DNA from: Vicinamibacteria bacterium | GTDB taxonomy: Bacteria; Acidobacteriota; Vicinamibacteria; Marinacidobacterales; Marinacidobacteraceae | Direction of reading: 5' to 3' | Assembly (NCBI GenBank): GCA_963422395.1 | Contig: OY729431.1 | Coordinates: 1,600,001-1,664,000, forward strand | Length of the DNA stretch: 64,000 nucleotides | Shown here: piece by piece, positions 18,697 through 26,219 of the stretch | How positions within the stretch are numbered: the first letter of the stretch is position 1 | How the letters are laid out: each line of letters begins with the position of its first letter | Translations under genes and position numbers: made by a program | Notes under the pieces: generated by a model | The model's database searches: none | What the model was told of the DNA's origin: nothing | What the model saw: only the letters and a program-made list of their open reading frames with translations

Positions 18697-21069
18697 TCAG
18701 GCGGCATCCCGAGCAGCATCCCGAGCGCTACGGACCGCCCGCCAGATCCGCTCTGGAGTGATCGGCATCTCGACATGGTGGACGCCGAGGGGTGCAAGCG
18801 CATCGGCGACCGCGTTCGCCACCGCGGCGGTAGCGGCGATGGTCCCCATCTCGCCGGCGCCCTTCACCCCGAGCGGATTGTGGGGCGAGGGGGTTTCGAT
18901 GCGGGCCACCTCGATGCCGGGGAGGAGGTCCGCCCGCGGCACCGCGTACTCCAGGAGGGTCCCGGAGAGGAGCTGGCCGCTCTCGGAGTAGGCGCCGACT
19001 TCGGTGAGCGCCTGCCCGACGCCCTGCACCACACCTCCCTGGATCTGCCCTTCGACGATCATCGGGTTGATCACCTTGCCGACATCGTCCACCGCCACAT
19101 AGCGGAGGATGCGGACCTGCCAGCTCTCGGGACAGATCTCGACCTCGCAGATATGGGAGCTGGCCGGAAAAGTGAAGTTCGAGGGATCGTAGAAACTGAC
19201 GAAGTCGAGCCCCGGCTCCATACCCTCCGGCAGGCTGTGCGCGGTGTAGGCGGCGAAGGCGATCTCGCCGAAGTCCTTGCCGCGCTCCGGGGCCCCCTTG
19301 ACCTGGACCCGACCGGCACTCCGGTCGTACTCCACATCCTCCTCGGCGGCCTCGAGCAGGTGGGCGCCGATCTTCCGGACCTTGTCGCGCACCTTCTCGG
19401 CGCTCCGCACCAACGCCGAGCCCCCCACGCAGGCGCTGCGGCTGCCGTAGGTTCCCATGCCGAAGTTCACCCGCCCGGTATCGCCGTGGACGACTTCGAC
19501 GGTTTCGATGGGAACGCCGAGTTCGTCGGCGGCCACCTGCGCGAAAGTGGTCTCGTGCCCCTGCCCATGGGCGTGGGATCCGGTGAAGACGCTCACCTGC
19601 CCGGTGGGGTGGACGCGGACTTCGCCGCTCTCCCAAAAGCCCACCGCCGAGCCGAGCGAACCGGCGACCGCCGACGGCGCGGGGCCGCTGGCTTCGATGC
19701 AGCAGACGACTCCGACTCCCCGCAGCTCGCCGGCGGCGCGGGCTTCCGTCTGCGCCTCGCGCATCGCGTCGTAGCCGGCACGGTCGGCCGCAGTCTGCAG
19801 GAGGCGTTCGTAATCGCCGCTGTCGTAACAGAAAGCCACCGGCGTCTGGTAGGGGAACTCTTCCTTGCGAATGGCGTTCTGGCGCCGGAGCGCCAGCGGA
19901 TCCCGGCCCAGCCGGACGGCAGCGAGATCCACGAGCCGCTCGACGAGGTAAGCCGCCTCCGGCCTCCCGGCGCCCCGGTAAGCGTCCACCGGCACGGTAT
20001 GGGTGAGCGTTCCGTACGCCTGGCCGAAAACTCCCGGGATCCGATAGTTCCCGGAGAGCAGCGTGATGTAGAGCGCGGTCGGGATCAGCGGGGCGAAGGT
20101 GGAGAGGTAGGCCCCCTGATTCGCCCAGGTCTCGACATCGAGTCCGGTGAAGGTCCCGTCGCTCTTCATCGCGAGTTTGGCGACCGTCACATGGTCCCGA
20201 CCGTGGGAGTCCGTCATCTGACTCTCGGTGCGGGTCGCCACCCAGCGCACCGGCCGACCGACTCGCCGCGCCACCCAAGGCACGATGACTTCCTCGGGAT
20301 AGTGGAAGATCTTGCTCCCGAAGCCGCCGCCGACATCGGGAGAGATCACCCGCAGCCGGCTCTCGGGGATGCCCAGGGTGAACGCCGAGAGCAGGAGGCG
20401 GATCGGGTGCGGGTTCTGGCTGGTGGTCCAGACGGTCATCTCTTCGGAGGCCGCATCCCACTGCGCCGCCGCGGCGCGCGGCTCCATCGCGGTCGGGATG
20501 AGGCGCTGGTTCACCAGTTCCAGCTCGACGATCTCGTCGGCTTCTCTGAACGCCTGGTCGCACGCCTCCCGGTCGCCGAGCCCCCAGCGCCAGGAGATGT
20601 TGTCCTCGATCCCCTCGTGGACGACCGGAGCCGCTTCTTCCGTGGTCCGGCGGGCATCCACCACTGCGGGAAGCGGCTCGTAGTCCACCTCGATCGCCTC
20701 CACCGCGTCGGCAGCGAGATAGGGAGATTCGGCGACCACCACGGCCACCGAATCTCCGACATGGCGGACCCGGTCGGTGACCACCACCGGCCGCTCGGGC
20801 ACCCGGGTGTCAGGCACCTGCCAGCCGCAGGGCAAGGCGCCGCATCCGCCATCCCGGAAGTCCTGCCCAGTGAAAACGGCGAGGACGCCGTGCATGGCGA
20901 GCGCCGCCGAAGTATCCATCCCGACGATCCGGGCATGGGCGTGGGGGCTGCGCTTCACTGCCACATGCACCATCCCGGGAAGCTGGAGGTTCGCCACATA
21001 ACGCCCCTTGCCTCGCAGGAAACGCGGGTCTTCCCGCCGCTTCACCGAAGTCCCGACATAACGGCCCAT
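18697..21069 (-). CDS. coxL: Molybdopterin large subunit, form II CoxL-like
   Basis: REDPRFLRG, VGGGFGSK, active-site loop AYRGAGR (19963-19983), GQGHETT, GVKGAGE. Confidence 0.9.
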   Translation of the reverse strand: MGRYVGTSVKRREDPRFLRGKGRYVANLQLPGMVHVAVKRSPHAHARIVGMDTSAALAMHGVLAVFTGQDFRDGGCGALPCGWQVPDTRVPERPVVVTDRVRHVGDSVAVVVAESPYLAADAVEAIEVDYEPLPAVVDARRTTEEAAPVVHEGIEDNISWRWGLGDREACDQAFREADEIVELELVNQRLIPTAMEPRAAAAQWDAASEEMTVWTTSQNPHPIRLLLSAFTLGIPESRLRVISPDVGGGFGSKIFHYPEEVIVPWVARRVGRPVRWVATRTESQMTDSHGRDHVTVAKLAMKSDGTFTGLDVETWANQGAYLSTFAPLIPTALYITLLSGNYRIPGVFGQAYGTLTHTVPVDAYRGAGRPEAAYLVERLVDLAAVRLGRDPLALRRQNAIRKEEFPYQTPVAFCYDSGDYERLLQTAADRAGYDAMREAQTEARAAGELRGVGVVCCIEASGPAPSAVAGSLGSAVGFWESGEVRVHPTGQVSVFTGSHAHGQGHETTFAQVAADELGVPIETVEVVHGDTGRVNFGMGTYGSRSACVGGSALVRSAEKVRDKVRKIGAHLLEAAEEDVEYDRSAGRVQVKGAPERGKDFGEIAFAAYTAHSLPEGMEPGLDFVSFYDPSNFTFPASSHICEVEICPESWQVRILRYVAVDDVGKVINPMIVEGQIQGGVVQGVGQALTEVGAYSESGQLLSGTLLEYAVPRADLLPGIEVARIETPSPHNPLGVKGAGEMGTIAATAAVANAVADALAPLGVHHVEMPITPERIWRAVRSARDAARDAA

Positions 21070-21111
21070 GGTTCTCCTCCTCCCGGTCTTCGCGAACGCG
21101 CCGAGCCCCGC

Positions 21112-21582
21112 TCAGCGCGCCTCGCGCGCGCCGGCCGCGACTATCGACTTGACGATGTTCTCGTAGCCGGTACAGCGGCAGATGTTGCCTTCGAGTCCGT
21201 GGCGGATCTCGGCGTCCGACGCCGACGGGTGGCGTTCCAGGATCTCGACCGCGGTCAGGATCATCCCCGGAGTGCAGAAACCGCACTGGAGCCCGTGGTT
21301 GTCCCAGAAGGCCTGCTGGATCGGGTGGAGTCCGCCTTCTCCGGCCAACCCCTCGATGGTGGTGATCTCGCTGCCGTCCGCCTGCACCGCGAGGATGGTG
21401 CAGGACTTGACCGCCTGACCGTCCATCAGCACGGTGCAAGACCCGCACTGCGAGGTGTCACAGCCGATATTGGTCCCCGTCAGGCCGAGCCGGTCGCGCA
21501 GCAGATGGCAGAGGAGGAGGCGGGATTCGACTTCGGCTTCCTCTGCCGCGCCGTTGACGCGGATACGAACTCGGTGGCTCAT
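21112..21582 (-). CDS. coxS: 2x[2Fe-2S] small subunit of the form II CODH-like enzyme
   Basis: [27 protein letters not shown]. Confidence 0.92.
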   Translation of the reverse strand: MSHRVRIRVNGAAEEAEVESRLLLCHLLRDRLGLTGTNIGCDTSQCGSCTVLMDGQAVKSCTILAVQADGSEITTIEGLAGEGGLHPIQQAFWDNHGLQCGFCTPGMILTAVEILERHPSASDAEIRHGLEGNICRCTGYENIVKSIVAAGAREAR

Positions 21583-21714
21583 GGGTGCTTCCTCCGTGCC
21601 GGACGTCTCCGAGGGTATCCGGGAACGCCGCCGAATCGCAAGGTCTCGTCGGCCCCAGCGCACCGATGGGGGAGCCGCCTGCCGGATTCAGGGGGAACGG
21701 ATCACCTTCGACGC

Positions 21715-21810
21715 CGCGAAGTGTTCGTGGCGGCGCTGGAGCACGGGCGACGCCGTCTGGCGGACGACTTCCCGTTGTCCAATCGGCTGATCCGCGAGAT
21801 GCACGGTGCC
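21715..21810 (+). pseudogene. Degraded fragment resembling a Fic family protein
   Basis: REVFVAALEHGRRRLADDFPLSNRLIREMHG resembles the Fic N-terminal segment (EVxNYVxALxHG...FPLSxRLIREIH) as I recall it; no start codon and no HPFxxGNGR motif. Confidence 0.55.
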
Positions 21811-21961
21811 CAAGCGGGGTCGGCGGTGCCTACGCGGGGAAGGAGAAGCGCCTGCTGCACCAGGGCAGCGAGTTTCACGAGTAGGCTGAGCTCCCATCTC
21901 GGACAGGGCGCTTCCCGAAGCGGCAGAATCAGCGGAGAACTTCTACACTGCCTTCGAAATC

Positions 21962-22930
21962 ATGCGCCCTGCCCTCTTCCTGGTTTTCGCTCTCGTCGCT
22001 GCACTGGCGGCGTCTGAACAGCCGAAGGCCGCCCAGGCGCCGGCCGAGACCCGGGAGGCGGTGCTCGGCGACCGGTTCAGCTTCATGGTCCGGGTCCCGA
22101 GCGTCACCCTCGATGTCGTGGTCGCCGACGAGCTCGGCCGGTTCGTCACCGGGCTCGGCGCCGACGACTTCGAGGTTCTCGAGGACGGCGATCCCCAGGA
22201 GATCCGTTTTTTCACCGCCGATCTGACGCCGGTGACCAGCCTCTTGCTGCTCGACACCTCCGCCTCGGTGCGTTCGAGCCTCTCGGCGATCCAGACCGCC
22301 GCCTACCTCTTCCTGCGCAACATGGCCACCGGCGACCGGGGGCGGGTCGCCACCTTCGCCGAGGGAGTGCGCTTCGGCCCGCCCTACCAGACCGAGATCT
22401 GGAACCAGGTGGCGATGATCCGGGCGATGCGCCCGTTCGGGAAGACCGCGCTCTACGACGCCATCCTCACCAGCCTCGAAGAATTGTCCCGGGTCGAGGA
22501 ACGGAAGGCGCTCATCCTGGTTTCCGACGGGGAGGATTCGGGGACGGACGCCAGCGGCAGCGCCAGCACCCGGACGCATGCCATCGAGGGCGCACGGCTC
22601 TCCGAGGGCGCCATCTATACGGTGGGCTATACCGGCTGGAGCCCCGAGGGCGGCGGCCGGCTGAACCGTGAGTTCCTCGACGCGGTGGCCGAGCAGAGCG
22701 GCGGGCGCTCCTACTACCCCGAAAAGGTCGAAGACCTCTCGCGCCACTTCCGTCAGATCCAGCACGAGCTGCACCGGCAGTACCAGATCGCCTACCTGCC
22801 TTCCCGGAACCGGAAGGAAGGCGGCTGGCGGAGCATCGAGGTCCGAATCAAGGGGCGCGGCGACCTCGTCGCCCGAACCCGCAAGGGCTACTACGCCGCC
22901 CCCGACAGCGACACCGGGACTCCGCGCTAA
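21962..22930 (+). CDS. Exported VWA domain protein (acidobacterial VWFA type)
   Basis: Signal peptide; GRFVTGLGADDFEVLEDG, LLLDTSAS, TALYDAI, SDGED, ARTRKGYY. Confidence 0.88.
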   Translation: MRPALFLVFALVAALAASEQPKAAQAPAETREAVLGDRFSFMVRVPSVTLDVVVADELGRFVTGLGADDFEVLEDGDPQEIRFFTADLTPVTSLLLLDTSASVRSSLSAIQTAAYLFLRNMATGDRGRVATFAEGVRFGPPYQTEIWNQVAMIRAMRPFGKTALYDAILTSLEELSRVEERKALILVSDGEDSGTDASGSASTRTHAIEGARLSEGAIYTVGYTGWSPEGGGRLNREFLDAVAEQSGGRSYYPEKVEDLSRHFRQIQHELHRQYQIAYLPSRNRKEGGWRSIEVRIKGRGDLVARTRKGYYAAPDSDTGTPR

Positions 22931-22946
22931 CCGCGGACATCTTCGG

Positions 22947-22981
22947 CCTGGACGGCTAGCCCTGGACGGCTAGCTTGGACG
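22947..22981. repeat. Intergenic 14-bp tandem repeat
   Basis: CCTGGACGGCTAGC twice exactly, followed by partial TTGGACG. Confidence 0.85.
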
Positions 22982-23077
22982 CGTTCGGCGAGCCGGAATC
23001 CGCACTCGGTCCGTCCTCCCCCGTGGTCCGGCGGAAACCCGGATAATCGGGAGGCGCCGCTGCCGCTGCGCGAGGAG

Positions 23078-24145
23078 ATGCTCCCGATGATCCGATCCGC
23101 CCCGCGAACCGAAACGCTTCTCCGGAACCTGTGTCCGGCACTCACCCTCGCCGCGCTCACCGCCGCCTGCGGAGCGCCGGAACCCGCGGCACCATCCGCC
23201 GCAGCGCCCACTCGACCGGCCGAAAAGACTCCGGCACCGCAGTACATCCTCACTCCGGAGAACACTCACAACCGCTGGAGCGCGGCGATCCCGCCGGTCC
23301 TCAGCGTGCCCTCGGGAGCGGTGATCGAAGTCCACACCAAGGAGGCGTCGGACGGTCAGATCACTCCCGAGACGCGAGTAGAGGATCTCGCCTCGGTGGA
23401 CTTCGGCCTGATCCACGCGCTCACCGGTCCCATCGAAGTGGAGGGCGCCCGCCCCGGGGATCTGCTCGCGGTAACCCTTCACGAAATCGAGGTCGCCGGC
23501 TGGGGTTGGGCCACCATCCTGCCCGGCTTCGGCTTCCTCGCCGACGAATTCACGGAGCCCTGGATCCGCGGCTTCGAGCTGGCCCCGGGAGCCACCGAAG
23601 CGGTCTTCGACGAGCGCATCACGCTGCCGCTCTCTCCCTTCCCCGGGGTTCTCGGTGTCGCACCCGCCACCGACGAAATGCTGGTGACCATCCCGCCCCG
23701 CGAGAACGGCGGCAACATGGACAACCGCCACATGCGCGCCGGGACCACGGTGTACCTCCCCGTCCAGGTCGAAGGAGCCATGTTTTCCATCGGCGACACC
23801 CACGCAGTCCAGGGCGACGGCGAGGTTTCCGGGACTGCGATCGAAGCCCCCATGCGCATCGTGCTGGAGCTCGAGGTGATGGAGAACCCGCGCGGCATCA
23901 CCGAACCCCAATACGAGACCGACGAGTACTACGGGACCACCGGCTTCGCCACCACGATCGATGAAGCGGCGAAGAAGGCCACCCGTTTCATGATCGCCTA
24001 CCTCGTGGCCGAACACGGCCTCACCCCCGAAGAGGCCTATGTGCTCTGTTCCCTCGCCGGCGATCTCAAGATCTCGGAGACCGTGGATGTCCCGCACATG
24101 CTGGTCAGCATGCACCTGCCGAAGTCCATCTTCGGCGAAAACTGA
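23078..24145 (+). CDS. Acetamidase/formamidase family protein with a lipoprotein signal
   Basis: HNRWS, HALTGPIEVEGARPGD, GGNMD, GDTHAVQGDGEV, EAYVLCS; lipobox LTAAC. Confidence 0.9.
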   Translation: MLPMIRSAPRTETLLRNLCPALTLAALTAACGAPEPAAPSAAAPTRPAEKTPAPQYILTPENTHNRWSAAIPPVLSVPSGAVIEVHTKEASDGQITPETRVEDLASVDFGLIHALTGPIEVEGARPGDLLAVTLHEIEVAGWGWATILPGFGFLADEFTEPWIRGFELAPGATEAVFDERITLPLSPFPGVLGVAPATDEMLVTIPPRENGGNMDNRHMRAGTTVYLPVQVEGAMFSIGDTHAVQGDGEVSGTAIEAPMRIVLELEVMENPRGITEPQYETDEYYGTTGFATTIDEAAKKATRFMIAYLVAEHGLTPEEAYVLCSLAGDLKISETVDVPHMLVSMHLPKSIFGEN

Positions 24146-24257
24146 AGCGATGCGCAATCGAAGGCGCCTCGGTCACCGGGCGATGGGCCTGGCCGATCTT
24201 CCTCGATCCCCTAGGCACGGGGCCGGCACGGGCTCGAGGTGCTTCCTGGCCGTTCGA

Positions 24258-25454
24258 TCAGCGGAGCGCCGCCAGGACCTTGCCGATGAAGGGGGAAACC
24301 GCGCCGCCTTCGATCCAGCGGACCACCACCACCAGATCGTTCTCCCAGTCCACATAGACGATATTGCTGCCGGCGCCGCGAAAGGTGACCGCGCTTTCGG
24401 GGGCGTCGGGGATGGACTGGACCATCGCCCCGTCCCGCTCTACCGGGCCGTTCAGGAACCAGTTCATGTACCCGTAAGACGGGTTCACCCCGCCCGGAGT
24501 GCGCGCCATGGCGATCCATTCCTCGGACAGGAGCTGCTGTCCCGCCCAATTCCCCATCCGCAGGAACAGGTAACCGAAGCGGGCGAGGTCGCGGGCGCTG
24601 ATGTGCATCCCGCCGCCCCAGTGTCCGCCGCCGCTCACCGACTGGACCCGGCGCCCGTCGATCATCACCCAGGAGTTCTCGTAGCCGTGCCAGCGCCAGC
24701 GGTTCGAGGCGCCGATGGGATCCATGATGTGTTCTCGGAGAACGACCGGGAGCGGGTCGCGCGCCAGCTGGAGCGCCGCGAGGGCGAGGAGGTTCACCCG
24801 GACATCGTTGTATTTGTAATGGGTTCCCGGCGGGTACATGGGGCGGTCGGGATACTCGAACGGGTGGTCTCCCACCGGGCGGTCGGCCCAGTCCGGCTTG
24901 TCCCACAGCGTTCCCTGCCAGTCGCTCGTCTGGCGGAGCAGGTGATCCCAGGTGATGGATTCGTTGTGCTCCGAACCGAAGAGTTCGTCGTCGGGCATGT
25001 AGCGGCCCACCCGGTCGTGGACCGAAGCGATCAGCCCGGCGTCGTAGAGGAGCCCCACCGTCGTGGAGAGGAAGGTCTTGGAGACGCTGAAGGTCATGTC
25101 CACCTTGTCGGTCGGGCCCCATTCCGAGACGATGTAGCCGTCTTTCACCACGATCCCGGACAGCGCTCCCCGCACCGTGGTAGGGCCGACGAGGGCCCCG
25201 TGAGGCTCGCGCCCGAAGGTCAGCTCGTGGTTCAGGGCGAGGTCACGCGGTGCGTCCGATTCCGAAGCCGCCGAGAACGCGGCTGCTTCCTCCAGAGCCG
25301 CGGGATCGAACCCCGCCTCCTCGGGCGTCCGGGTCTGCCAGTCGTGCCGAGCCGGGAAGTAGGGCTCCTCCTGGGCCGCCGGGGCCGGGGTCGAAGCGAA
25401 CAGCCCGATCAGGGCCGCACCCGCGAAGCGGGCCGTCGTGGTCCGAAGTCTCAT
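24258..25454 (-). CDS. Exported serine hydrolase (beta-lactamase family)
   Basis: Signal peptide; SVSK (SxxK), YND, ARDLARFG, YGYMNWF. Confidence 0.88.
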   Translation of the reverse strand: MRLRTTTARFAGAALIGLFASTPAPAAQEEPYFPARHDWQTRTPEEAGFDPAALEEAAAFSAASESDAPRDLALNHELTFGREPHGALVGPTTVRGALSGIVVKDGYIVSEWGPTDKVDMTFSVSKTFLSTTVGLLYDAGLIASVHDRVGRYMPDDELFGSEHNESITWDHLLRQTSDWQGTLWDKPDWADRPVGDHPFEYPDRPMYPPGTHYKYNDVRVNLLALAALQLARDPLPVVLREHIMDPIGASNRWRWHGYENSWVMIDGRRVQSVSGGGHWGGGMHISARDLARFGYLFLRMGNWAGQQLLSEEWIAMARTPGGVNPSYGYMNWFLNGPVERDGAMVQSIPDAPESAVTFRGAGSNIVYVDWENDLVVVVRWIEGGAVSPFIGKVLAALR

Positions 25455-25491
25455 CGCTCGGGGTCTCCTCGGGATTCCCGCAAGGCGGCGG

Positions 25492-25932
25492 TCAGCTCTC
25501 GATCCGCGCCTTCATCTCGGCGAAGAACTCGCGCAGCACCCGCTCGGTTACCGGCTGCAGCAGCCGTGCGGCGAGCGCCGCCAAGGTTCCCCGCACCTGT
25601 ACCGAACCGGTCCAGTCGATGGCAGTGCCGCCCTCCACCTCACGGAGACGCAGCTCGCTGGTTCCGTCGATGGTGGTGCCCGGCCCCCGGCCCCGCATCT
25701 TCATGCGAGCCTCCTCGAGTTCCACGAGGTCGGTCCACTCGATGACGGTCTTCGCCTTGAGTCCCACCGTCCCGAGCTTCACCCCGCCCACGACCTCGAA
25801 CCGCTTTTCCGGCTCCAGGATGCGCACCGACTCCACGCCCGGAGTGCACCCAGCCACCGACTCGGCGTCGGTGACGAACTCCCAGACCCGCTCCCGCGGC
25901 GCGGCGATGATCTCGGTGCCCCTGATTTCCAT
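25492..25932 (-). CDS. coxG: CoxG/SRPBCC family protein
   Basis: APRERVWEFVTD...CTPGV...GTLAALAARLL, typical CoxG START-fold pattern. Confidence 0.85.
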   Translation of the reverse strand: MEIRGTEIIAAPRERVWEFVTDAESVAGCTPGVESVRILEPEKRFEVVGGVKLGTVGLKAKTVIEWTDLVELEEARMKMRGRGPGTTIDGTSELRLREVEGGTAIDWTGSVQVRGTLAALAARLLQPVTERVLREFFAEMKARIES

Positions 25933-25938
25933 CGCCGG

Positions 25939-25944
25939 ATTCTA
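25939..25944 (-). promoter_or_regulatory. -10 box of a probably leaderless coxG promoter
   Basis: TAGAAT lies 6 nt before the ATG, with no SD sequence. Confidence 0.55.
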
Positions 25945-26219
25945 CGGGACCGTCATTCCGAGCGGAGTACCGCGAGGATCCCCCGCGCCGCCCCGGCGGC
26001 ATCGGCCACGTCCGGTCGATGCCGCCGAGGAGGACGAAGCGCCCCGATACACGATGAGGAAGAGATGGAGCCACCGACAGAAAACGGAAGCCGTGATCCT
26101 CTCGAGCTCCTCCGACGGACCGGCGCCGCATCCGGTGCCGCATCCAAGATGGTCGGCTGCATTCGGGGAACTTCGCGCGCCGAACCGCGTACTCTCCCCG
26201 CACTGAGGCCTTCCGTACG

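Noticed and set aside
18697-21069. Calling the left cluster a true CO dehydrogenase
   Set aside because: It has AYRGAGR and SLM order and lacks the Cu-ligand Cys, so it is form II-like with unknown substrate.
22947-22981. CRISPR array
   Set aside because: The repeats are 14 bp, directly adjacent, have no spacers, and no cas genes are present.
24258-25454. Antibiotic-resistance beta-lactamase
   Set aside because: The SxxK fold is shared by many esterases and amidases, and nothing specifically indicates a class A or C beta-lactamase.
25933-26219. Riboswitch upstream of the TonB receptor
   Set aside because: I could not find cobalamin, TPP or other riboswitch consensus elements by eye; an Rfam scan would settle it.
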